From: Octopus bimaculoides
Lineage: Eukaryota
DNA length: 47,209 nucleotides
Direction of reading: 5' to 3'
Assembly (NCBI RefSeq): GCF_001194135.2
Contig: NC_068999.1
Coordinates: 3,410,515-3,457,723, forward strand
The notes beneath the pieces are model-generated. The model ran no database searches and was not told the DNA's origin. It saw only the letters and a list, made by a program, of their open reading frames with translations. Both the position numbers and the translations under genes were made by a program. Shown here in pieces: positions 9,221-22,221 of the stretch; the stretch's first letter is position 1, and each line of letters opens with the position of its first letter.

Positions 9221-12200
9221 TATATGTATGATAGATAGATAGATGAATGGGGAGATAGATAGATGTATAATAAATAAAGTTACCTGTCTTTTCCATTTGT
9301 AGACCAACAGTTCTCATCATTAGGTGTCACAGCTGTGACCGAGGACAGGTTACCTAACGTCACCTCGTATTTACTGTCTGGGGCACCTCTTGAAGACAGT
9401 TTAGGTTCTTTGCATACAAAATAAGGTACATTTATCCAGAAATCATTGGCTATTTTGACTTTGTCATTAATGTCTCGTACCAGGCGATCGAGACTCGTCC
9501 CAGCAGCTGTGATTGGCCGTTTAAGGTTCTTCTTTGAAGGCCATTCATAGACAAACTTTTCATATACCACATTGTCTGCATGTCTTGGAACTCGTGAGGA
9601 TGGGTGGCCACATTTGGCAGAAGCCTAGGAAGAATATACACAATTAAGTCACATGTTACAATAATCATAATAATAACAATAATAATAATAATAAATGCCT
9701 GGATGCAGTACCAGGCAGTGGCTCTCATGGCTTCTGATCTTAATTGATTGGAAGTGTTATCATGTACATTGTTTTGTGTTGGTATAAAAAGATGGGCTAC
9801 AGCAAATATTCTGCTCAATATCACAGATTTGTTTGTCAGTTGTTTGACCATAACCAGTTAAGCATGTCCCTTGGTGGCTGACGATATGTGCATCTCTGAT
9901 CGTGAACAGAAGTAGTGGGGGAGCATCATATCCATGTGTTGAGAGGAATTCTTTGGGGTTTGGATAATTCACCTCTGGAAACATAGGTGCTTTGTTCAAC
10001 ATCCTTAAACAACCCTTATTCAGGGACCTTTTGAATGGGATGGACTACTCAACCTGAAGGAAAGTCTAACTGGGCCCCACCTGCATTGTTTATCTTGCGA
10101 CCACCATGTCGTGCACATATGGTTGTGATGCATGTTCCTAAAGAATAGGAAAATATAGCAATTAGAGTACAGTGTACCATTTAGAGTACAATTCCAATAC
10201 TCAGGAAACCATGCCATTCATCTCATCAGAGATGAACCATAATACTCCAGAAAAAACATTCCAGTAATTAAGGTATATGCTCAGTACCCCCAGAGACCAT
10301 TCCAGTGTCTAACGGAATTAACAGACTCATACTTACTTGTTCTGTGACTGTAGCTGCTTTATTCTGGAAAGACATGATGGCATCTGATATTTTAATATTG
10401 ATGGGGTCAATAACAGATTCAATGTTGAAAGGTCCGTTCAGTTGCTGTATTATCTTCTGCAGGGCATCTGCACAACAGAAGAAGGTTTAATGAAAGGATT
10501 CGTTACAACAGAAAGACTTCAAGAGGAACAACTGACTGGGAACTAGTTTGAATGAGATGCAGTCGAAGTTGGTGTCAGGGTGAAGAACCACCGGTGCCTG
10601 CTTTCTAGTAAAACAATGACAAAAGTTCTTAGCAAAGAAGTCCCTAATACATTGACAAAGGGAAGAGCTTTGACAGGGGGTCTGCTCTCAGTAGTCTGAT
10701 GGTTCCTAAGAAAGCCGTGTGCTGAAGAATGGCAGTGAGATGTGTGCAGGGATGTAGAGAAGTGCTGTCAGCAGAGGTGAGAGGATAAGTAACAGGTTCA
10801 ATGAGAAATTTAGAGTAGAGGTGAGTGTCCATTTAGAGTCCAGTCTTCAGCCACTCCCTTTATTATTATAGGTCTCCTGACAATAACAGAGCACTTCAAG
10901 ACTGAATGTCTGTGCTGACAACCTAATTCACTTAAGCAAATGAGCGACGGAATTACAGGAAAGTCCCAAAGAGACTATGGGTGTGGCTCCATCTACCAAA
11001 AGTCTACTGAGGCTATGGACATGGCTCCGCCTACAGGGATTTTAATAGTAATATATTAATTATATGAGCAAGACACTTTATTTCATGTTGCTTCTGTTCA
11101 CTCAGCTGTAGGAATAAGTTGTGACATCACTGGTGCCAAGCTGTATCGGTCCCTTTGCCTTTCACTTGGATAACATTGGTGGTGTGGACAGGGTAAGCTG
11201 GTACACATGGGAGACTTTCATGACCGAAAGGGGTCTCTCTCCTTTTACCCTTTACATAAATTATTTATCAATTTTGCCTTTCAACCTAAAATAAATGTTG
11301 GGAGGGTCAACATAATAATCTTTCATGCGGTGCTCCAGCATGGCCACAGTCCAACGATTGAAACTTAAACTTATGAAGGCATTAAAGAATAAGAATATCG
11401 ATATAATTGGATGTGAGGAAACATCTGTGATGTGGTTTCAAATCTGATTGCTTCTTGATAACAAAATACTTTTCTAAACAATTGTAAAATGATGGAGAAC
11501 CAAGGACTGGTGCGGGAAGCAGAGTAACAAATGCAAGTGGGGTGGTAGAATTGGTGGAGGGCAGGACCAAAGGCCTTGCAATATTTAGCCAAATACTGTC
11601 AGGTTCTGAGTTCAAATTCAGACAAATCCAACGTCACATTTTTATCTTTGGAATCAGGAAAAATTGGCATCAGTCAAGCATTGCAACTGGTATAAACAAT
11701 TCTACCATTCCTAGCTGCAGGACTAAGTTAAAAATTAATATTAATTATTATTATTATTATTAAAGTGCAGTGGAATTTCAGGATTGGTCGCCTGGTGGTA
11801 TAAAGGTGTGATGGAATGGCAGTCCAATGGTATAAGTGCCGTGTAAAGCATACTTATGTATTTTCATGTTCTCAGTTCAATTCCTGCCAGGTTCAAGTTT
11901 TGTCTTTCCTCTTCCTGGGGGTGATATAATAAAGTACCAGTCATGAACTGGGATCCATGTACCCCTGTGGCTATGTTAGAAATTAATATTATAGTTATTG
12001 TCACGATGAGAATTAATATGTGGAAACTTCAAATAATTATATGAAACATGTTAATGAGATTTGATTAACGGAGTAGCATCAGATTAAGTGTTATTAATAA
12101 TTCAAAATCAAAACAATCTGTTGCTATGGAAACTAAACTAACATAAAATTTAATTATTTGCCTATTATTAAGTGAAAAAAAAAATAACACATAATTACAA

Positions 12201-14885
12201 CATTCCCTTTATTATTCCCTGGTTTGGTTGGATAAGTTTATAAATTTATATACTTCCTAGTATTCTGATATAACATAAGATGTTACATTTGGATGCACTG
12301 ATAAAGGAGTACTCAATACATGTAATAGAGTATGTTTGTTCAAAGTTGTACTTTCACTCTATTGTCACTTGTGAGTTTTCCTCTATACATGTTCCATAAA
12401 CTTGAAGGATCACTCACATACATACACATTACACTGGTGCCATGTAAAAAGCACACTTAGTTCACTCTGTGGAATGGTTGGTGTCAGGAAGGGCATCCAG
12501 CCATAGAAACCCTGCCAAAACAGACACAGTAGGCTGGAGTCTTCTACCTGGTGCCAACTCCTGTGAAGCCATTCAACCCATGCCACCATGTAAGGCAGAC
12601 ATTAAATGATGATGGTTATGGTGAAGATATATGTATCGGGTTCAGTCCCACTGCGTGGCACCTTGGAATATGATCAAAAGCAACCCAACCATGACCACCT
12701 CTTTTACTCAGCCAAAGTGGAATATGATCAAAAGCAACCCAACCATGACCACATCTTTTATTCAGTCAAAGTGTAACTAGGACTACATTATCTAATATGT
12801 CATTCCTTCCTTAAATACTGGCTGTGATTCAAGGCAGATTTAGCTGCTATTGCTAGCATGCTGGGCAACCACATAGAAGTTGGAAAATGGTGGGGAACGA
12901 AATTCTGAAAGCCTTACGTATATAAGCATTCCACACATCGTTGAACTGTTTGTGATAAGGCTGACATGCTTCAATGGTTTTAATACAATAGTCCTTGCAG
13001 GGTTTCTTGTGAGGAACTTGGTTACAGCGCTGGCAATACATCATCTGTGCCAGTCTGTGAGCACAGCGCTTGGTTGGTTCAATCTGCAATTAAAAGACAA
13101 AACATTTCAGAAGAATGGCACATGAAAACCCCATCACCAATCACCACAGCTACCACAACCAAACCATTTTTGCACTAACCCTTTAGCATTTAAACTGGCC
13201 CTAGTATTCTGTTTTATGTCAGACTGGTCAGATCCAGCCTCTCATACCAACCCTACAATGTCATCCTAAAAATAAACAATCACATCTTTGAAATCTCAGG
13301 ATTAATTCATAGCAATTTAAATAAGTAAGTATTACATTTGACAGAGCAGTCTGAAGCTAAACGGTTAAAGTAGCAAAACATTTCTGCAAAGATTTTCCAA
13401 TATTACCAGAGGCCACTGGAATGGACTGTTGGAGTCTTACAGAATGCCATGAGCGATTCCAGTATTTCAAATTGAGAAGAATATTGACCGAAGATGATGC
13501 TATATTTGGATGGCCTTCCATGGCAGCAGATGACGACCACATTGTGAAAGTTTCTGAGGAATTAAGTATTGGTAAAAGTTGGTGCCACAGGATTAGAAAA
13601 GAATGAAGATACATCATGTTGCCACGAAATTTGTGTCACATCTATGTCATGGTCTGTTAGCAGCTGTTTGATCATTCACATCAGTCAAAGACTCAGGCAA
13701 ACTTCCTGGAGACAAAAGTTTAGTGAACAGCCATGATGTGAAAACTAAGAGGCAGCCATTGCCACAGATTTGCATGATTGCCATTTTTATAAGAACATCA
13801 AGAGTCTGTTGCAAGAATCACCAAAACTATTTGGATGTCCTGAGATATTTAAAGAATTTCCTTGGATGTCCTGGTGTATTTAAACGAAGCAGTAAAGAAG
13901 AAAGAAAAAGGCCTCACAATCTGCCTCAAGTCTAAAGACTCAAGAATCTGGAGATTATCCACAATTTCAATGCCAAGAATACAACCATATCTCTCACTTC
14001 CCACCCTGAATGGGATGCTTGTCTGTGGCAAGGTTAACCACCGGATGCCCCTGGTACTCACTTTAATCAGAGTGTACTGGAGTAACATAAAATAAAATGT
14101 TTTAAATCAAGAACACAATGTCCACCTAGTCTTAGAATAAAACCTGCAACCTAATGTTTCTCAGGTCAACACTAACTCAGTGTTTCTCGACCTTTTTAAC
14201 CTCGGGTAGCCCTTAAAATAAATTACATGTCCCAAGGAACCCCTGCACAAAAAAAAAATTATATACCATATCATACTAATCACTGCAGACTTCATTTTGG
14301 TCCCCAAACTGAAAAACCCATCTTGAAAGGTCAACAATTTCAGATGATAGAAAAGACCAAAGAGAATTCACTAAGAGAATAACACACAAGCCCTGAACAT
14401 GTGGCATCATAAAATGTGTCCCAAAACGGCTTGCGGGGATGGGGGGGGGGAGGCTCGAGAGGATTGTTAAGAATGGAAGGAAATATTTATGCACGCACAT
14501 TAGGAAGGGCATCCAGCTCTAGAAACAATGCCAAAACAGATAATGGTGGTGGTGATGATGATGACAATGATGATGATGGTGATGGTGGTGGTGGTGGTGG
14601 TGATGGTGGTGGTGGTGGTGGTGGTGGTGATGGTGGTGGTGGTGGTGGTGATGGTAGTGATGATGGTGGTGGGTGGTGGTGGTAGTGGTGATGATGATGA
14701 TGATGACAAAATGTATCTCCATATATGTGTTTGTGTATCAGCATTTAACACTTGTTTTCTATGCTAGCATGATGTGTGTGTGTGTGTGTGTTTAATAATA
14801 GGCCATATGTTGGTCGGTTGGTTGGTTGGTTAATTTCCACAGTCACGCTTTACATCATATGTGTTTGTGTTTGTGCATGTGTGTG

Positions 14886-14917
<32 letters not shown>

Positions 14918-15993
14918 CTGATAGATAGAGAGAGAGATAGATAGGCAGAGAGAGTAAAAGAAATTGTGCAAAGATAGATTTTCGATGGAGTAGATTGTGA
15001 TTACGTTGATAAAATTTAGAAAAAATAAATAAACAACAAATATTTATTGCAAACTTATAAATGATGAATAGGTTTTATTTGCTTTTTGCAAAGGTAATAA
15101 ATATTTTTCTTTCGAAAATCAATATTCATAATTTTACAGAAGCACCAAGAAATTTCATAAAAGTTGAATAATAATTATTGAATGCATGCTATATTTCCTG
15201 ATAACTTAGTGTCAAAAGTATACGTCCAAAGTTCCCCATCACATGATGATGATGGGGGAACACTCTAGTGTATATGTGTGTGTGTATATGTATAATATAT
15301 ATACACACACACAAGTATTTTTAGACTTCTTAAATTAATTACTTTATTTTCTAATGTTATTGGAATACCTTCTGTAATCTTAGAATAAATCTTCCAGGAT
15401 GAATAATTCCAAGGAATTCCACTTCAAAACAATTTCCTTACAATCCTAGATTACTTATATATATATACTCACATTTGTCCATATATTCTGACTGCGCACA
15501 TATACACTGATATACACAACCTCAAAGCTTAAACTACATACATATAAATATTTTTAAGTTGTGGATTCTATTTGTCATGTTGCCTGCAGACAGTTTTTAT
15601 TGTGAACAGAAATAATACGATAAAATAGCTTTAGAGTGGTTTTGGCTGCTATTTTTAGCATGTAAGGGTTTCGAAACCCTCTTAGTTGTAATTGTGATTT
15701 GTTCATAATTATAAATGTTCTTCTCCTATGTGTTTTATGATAACATGTTTGGCCCTTAATCTTGTAAGTTGCAAGGTGACTTAACTAGTGTCAGGGAGAC
15801 AAAGAAGAAAAAAGTCCCTGCCACCAATCCCACCCCTAAAATGGTTGGTGTCAAGTGGAGCATCCAGCTGTAGAAATCTGGACAAAATTTAAGAAATTGG
15901 AGCCCAGTGTTGTCCTCTCACTCATCAGAGCCCCATGACGTGTCCAACCCATGCCAGCATGGAAAACAGATGTTGAACAACAAGGATGATGTG

Positions 15994-16026
<33 letters not shown>

Positions 16027-16299
16027 TCATACATGCATATGCTCATATCTACATACATCTTTGAGAGAGAGAGAGAGAGAAAGAAAGATATGTATATGTT
16101 TGTGTCTGTGTTTGTCCCCATTACGGTCGCTTGACAACTGATGTCAGTGTGTTTCCGTCCCCCGTAACTTAACGGTTCGGCAAAAGAGACTGATAGAGTA
16201 AGTACTAGCCTTACAAAGTATAAGTCCTGGGGTCAATTTATTCGACTAAAGGCGGTGCTCCAGCATGGCCGCAGCCAAATGCCTGAAACAACTAAATGA

Positions 16300-16337
<38 letters not shown>

Positions 16338-16544
16338 GCATTCATATATCTATACACACACACAAACACACACACACATTCAACTTTGTTTTTGTAATTC
16401 AGACGTTTGTCTTTTATCTGTTTTTATCCTGTATTTTCATCAAACTGACACGGATGCCAAAACTGTTCTTTTGGATTATCCTGATTGGGATTACTTCAGA
16501 TCCATTACTTGTATGTATGCATGTATGTGTGTGCGCACGTGCAC

Positions 16545-16600
<56 letters not shown>

Positions 16601-17437
16601 NNNNNNNNNNNNNNNNNNNNNNNNNNNNNNNNNNNNNNNNNNNNNNNNNNNNNNNNNNNNNNNNNNNNNNNNNNNNNNNNNNNNNNNNNNNNNNNNNNNN
16701 NNNNNNNNNNNNNNNNNNNNNNNNNNNNNNNNNNNNNNNNNNNNNNNNNNNNNNNNNNNNNNNNNNNNNNNNNNNNNNNNNNNNNNNNNNNNNNNNNNNN
16801 NNNNNNNNNNNNNNNNNNNNNNNNNNNNNNNNNNNNNNNNNNNNNNNNNNNNNNNNNNNNNNNNNNNNNNNNNNNNNNNNNNNNNNNNNNNNNNNNNNNN
16901 NNNNNNNNNNNNNNNNNNNNNNNNNNNNNNNNNNNNNNNNNNNNNNNNNNNNNNNNNNNNNNNNNNNNNNNNNNNNNNNNNNNNNTAACAAAACTGGCTG
17001 CTGTTTGGCATTGTTATCAGTTCTTTATCAGAGAGAGAGAGAGATTAGAGAGTGTTTGCCCCCCACTTACCTACAAGCCAAGGGATTTAACAAAAACCTT
17101 GTAAGGATTTTCGGAATGTTTAAAGAGATTTTCCTTTTCTTTTTTTCACGTTCTTTAATTTTTTTTTTTTTTGTTTTTTAACCCAAAACAAGAATCTTTA
17201 GAAGTTTCTGGAATTAGGTAAGAAAGATTGAGCAAAGATTAAGGGAAAGATAGTAGTTTTGGCAGAGGAATGGCTCCTGATGCGGTTTACACAAACAGAT
17301 TTACTACGATGAGTGCACGGCTGGTGCTATCTTTAGCTTGTTCGTTGAATCCCTTTCCTCAGAGGAATGGTTGCCAGAAGATAATTGGATGATGGTTAGT
17401 GATGCCGTTAACCTTCAGACTTCATTCAATGTTGCAA

Positions 17438-17479
<42 letters not shown>

Positions 17480-18218
17480 GATGGAGATATTTTATGCCTC
17501 ATTACTCAAAGATTTTCTCCTTGGAGGCAATCCTCAGGCAGACACTGCAGTGAAGTAAAATATTCAGTTACTGACAGGTGATACATCGTTACATCATGTG
17601 ACACACACTTAATATGCAACTTTTAACTTTTGTTTCCAGTCACTGGACTGCAGTCATGAACAAGCACACACACACACACACACACACGTACATACACATA
17701 CCCACGTGCACACACACACACAAGTGCTGAAAAGTTCCTGGCTTTGGGTAAAGGAAAATACAGGTGGATCAGTTAATTATGATTTTATTCAACATCTTCC
17801 CCTCTCAGATTTACACACTTACTGAAGTGGTCCTTCAGTTTCTTTTAAACCTTGTAAAAGAACTCAGAAGGTTGGGCCTTTTTCAATACCCTTGAAGCCA
17901 GAAACATCACAGCATGCCCTCATGTGTGACCCTCCGAGGCACAAGTCTGGGCAAGGTTGTTTATGGAAGACCAGCAGTCGCCCATGCATACCGGCCTCCC
18001 CTCTCCACACCACTGATGTTATCCAAGGGAAAGGCAGAAGGGGCCGATACAGTTTGGCACCAGTGACGTCACAACTCATTTCTACAGCTGAGTGAACTGG
18101 AGCAACGTGAAATAAAGTGTCTTGCTCAAGAACACAATACGCAGCCCAGTCCGGGAATCGAACTCACAACCGCACGATCATACGCTCGATGCTCTAACCA
18201 CTGAATCATGTGCCTTCA

Positions 18219-18277
<59 letters not shown>

Positions 18278-19319
18278 TATATACACACGCACACACACAG
18301 CCTGGTGATGTGTATGGATGAGGGCTGCTGCATAAAGAAGTGCTTTTCCCTAACTGTGGTGGGAACCTGTGGAAGAGGTAGACTCAGGAAGAGATCGGAC
18401 AAGGTGGTGCAGCATGATCTTTGAATGTGGGGTCTCATGGGGGGCAACGACAAGTGATGAAGACCTTTGGTGCTTTGTTGTGCTTGAGAAGACCCGTCAA
18501 GCCAAGTGAAGTTGTAGTTGTGGCCGGTGCTGGTGACATGTAAAAGGCACCCAGCCATAGAAACCAGTCCAAATGCAATTTCAGGATCAGTTCCACTGAG
18601 TTGCTGATTGGGCAAGTGATATCTTTTATTATAACCCTAGGTCAAGCAAAGTCCAGGAAGTGGATTTGAGAGATGGAAGTCGAGGGAAACCTGCTGAATA
18701 TACATATATATTCGATTAGAGGTTGTGTTAACCTAATGAAGGGATGGTTTCATCCAAAGAAATACGGGTTCAATACATGGTATTTTGGGGGGAATTGCCT
18801 TAAAATAGGTAAACATATAAAAAAAACATACAGTCTATATTCATATAAAAGAAGAAAATGGAGATTGGAAGTTAATAATTGTTTATTATTAACAGTAAAT
18901 TAATCATCATCCCAATTCGATGTTAATAATAAGCAATTATTAACTTCCCAATCTGCAATTTCTTCTTTTATATATCTATATATATACACATACATATACA
19001 CACGAGTTTGTGTACAATTGCATGTCTGTACATGCACATAGTATTTATATGAAATGTAAGTGTGTGTGTGTGTGTGTTTGTGTGTGTATATATATATCTA
19101 TATATATTTGTATGTATGTATATATGTGTCAACACCACTTCAGATTTCCATAGAAAAACAGTGGAAAACAATAATTATGGAACGGCAAAATCAGCTGCCA
19201 CAAAGATTACACCATTCCTGCTTGCAGACAAGGAATCCCAAGTTAGCTTTGGTAGAAAATAAGAACACATACACACACACATATGTATACACCCCTCCAC
19301 ACAGACAAATACACATTAT

Positions 19320-19354
<35 letters not shown>

Positions 19355-22188
19355 CTTCCATGGAAACACATACTCAGATGCATACATACATACATACATA
19401 AACAAATACACACACATACACATGCGCTATGAATAATTTAGTGTTGCTGTAAATGATTTCCAAAGCTGAAGAGGTGTCTAATGTCCTGGAGTTAGGCTGG
19501 GGTGTTAAGTGGGTGGAAGGTGGCAGAGTAGGGTGGTGGTGGTGGTGGTGGTGGTAGATGGCATTTATTGTAGAGGAATGTCTCAGTGGTAGGGTCATGT
19601 GATGGTGGGTTAATTATGAAAAATAATGAGTAGAAAGTGTTCGTTAGTAAATAGGATGTTAGAGCAGAAGGAACAGCAATGATGTATACACCCTACAATG
19701 TATACACACTGCAAGAAATGGCAATATAATGTATACAGGCAGACTCAATACGGAAGTGCTAAATGTACCCCTTACCTTAGAGACATTTATAATGACATCT
19801 CGACCAATACTGAGCCCTTGTACAAAGGTCCGGGCAATTATGAAAGATCGCTTGACTAACTGCGATAATTTTTTAGGTATATCCAAAAAAGGCTGAAGAC
19901 TTTTCATTTGGGATCCAACGCACTCCAAGTAACGTTCGCTAAGTTGCTGTTGGGAATTGATCAACTGATACATCTTCTTCAGTAAAGAGACAAAAAATGA
20001 CATAAGGGTTTCTTTTAGGTCTACATCATAACCCCTGTAGTAACGGTGTAGGGTAGCAAACAGCCTGGAGAAAATAACTGCGTTCTGCTGGTAAAGGAGA
20101 CCGTAGGTTTTCACAAACATTGTGTGCAAGTCGTTGTAGGAATTGTTCAATAGAGCTTTGAAGAATTCTGGAAAAGACAGGAAAAAAAAAAACCATTGTT
20201 AAATGCAGAATAGATTTTAATTCATTTATACAAAAATTGTGTCACAAGCTAAGCCATTAAAAGTATTAGCATCATAAATCATGCCATTAAAATATTAGCA
20301 ACATGTACTTTAGCACCAGAAGTGCCATTACAAATATTAGCACCATAAACAACACCATTAAAAATATTAGCTTTATAAATCAGGCCATCAAAAACATTAG
20401 CACCACTAACACCATTAAACATATTAGCCTTATAAATCGTACCATAAAAAATATTAACACCATGCACAACATGATTAAAAATATTAGCCTTATAAATCAT
20501 GCTATCAAAAAATATTAGCACCACAAACAACACCATTAAAAATATTAGCATTATAAATCATGCCATCAAAAAATATTAGCACCATAGACTGTCATTAATA
20601 GCAGCCAAAACTGTTCCATATAAATAAACATGTTCAGAAACCAAAACTGCTGTTAAATATTCGAGCAGCTCAAACTGTACTGTTTAATAAACCCCATAAA
20701 TTGGATTATCAAATATTTTATCACCACAAACTTTCCTGTTAATTAAATTATCTCTGCAAATTGTATCACCAAAGCCATCATCCTCATTAAATGCATTCTG
20801 TATGTGTGTGTGTTTGCGTTTGGCAAGATAAAGTAATGTGTTGCATCGTCTCATTATGTCAAAGTGTAACATAGCAATTTGACAAGTAAAGATCAATAAA
20901 AGACATCAGTACCAAACTGGATTGATTGATTGATGTAGTTAATGGGAAGACATCGAAAGTGGTGCCACCGCATGGTTCTGATCACTGAATCCCAGTGAAA
21001 GAATAATGTCTTTTTGGCTTTTACTTGTTTGTCTTTGGACTGTGGCCATGCTGGGGCACTGCCTTGAAAGGTTTTAGTTGAGCAAATCGCCCCAGGTACT
21101 TATTCTAACAACCTCTTTTGCTGAGCCAATAAGTAACGGGGGACATCAGCAAACCAACATCAGTTGGCAAGTGGTGATGGGGGACAAACACACACACACA
21201 AATGGGCTTCTTCCAGTTTCCGTCTACCAAATCCACTCACAAGGCTTTGGTCAGTCAGGGGCCAAAGTAGAAAACACAAGCCCAAGGTGTCACACAGTGG
21301 GACTGAACCCAGATCCATGTGGTTGGAAGTAAACTTGTTACCACATGGCCATGCTTCAGCTTATTGGCAGAGACTCATAAAGAACCAGACGGAATGTGTG
21401 GAAATAATATTTATTCTGGCTTATTGTACTCAAGGCAACACTGAAAGCCACTGGAATTGAGCCTAAATCGTTTGAAACACTAGATCGAGACTGTACCAAA
21501 TGGTGGTGTTCCATCACCATCGGAATGAAAGACTTCAAAGCCACCGGAAGAGAAAAGGAAGAAATCAAATAAGAGGAGAGAAAGGCTTGGCAAAATCAAC
21601 CTTGCTCTCCACCAAATATTGCCATGCAATGAATGCCATTGATTCTTCTAGACAAGAATTGGTCATCAGGGCCCACAATGGTATCACCATAAAGGAAGCA
21701 TTCAGCAAAGAAGAAAAATACTAGGATATAACACAAAGCCAACAATGATTGACAGACAGACAGATAACAGGGAAGCCTCCATAAAGTTTAGTTGGTTTGC
21801 TAAAAAGAGCAGCCAAATATCAGTCGATTTACACCCTATCATGTTACAAAAGGAAGCAGACATTGGATAATGCTAGCCTAGATACACTATGACTGAAGCT
21901 GACCCTCCATGGTGGTCACAGCTGGAATGGGGTGGAGATATTAGTGGAAATTGATATCTAGATGAAGAAGTTTCCAAATAAAGGTCTAAATAATGAAACT
22001 GTGTTAACTTTGCTAATTAATAGAAACGACATTATAATTAATTATAAACAAAAACAGAGATTTCATTTGATAAATATTTATGAACCAATTAACTGGTAAC
22101 GAGTGATTGTAGATATTCTAATTAGCAATATCAGTAGGGCTGACTGACTACACTATACATCCTTACACATACATACATACAAAGACAA

Positions 22189-22221
<33 letters not shown>

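Noticed and set aside
16265-17181. Long ORFs containing X runs (also about 25360-26266, 30267-30566, 35821-36771, 38697-39587 and 41892-42908)
   Set aside because: Artefacts of N gaps and dinucleotide repeats.
17512-17538. CTGAGGA...GAAA on the minus strand
   Set aside because: Stems I-III do not close in hammerhead geometry.
20279-20551. 90-aa repeat protein ORF
   Set aside because: Open only because of the 30-bp periodicity; the array is frameshifted just upstream and has no convincing splice sites.
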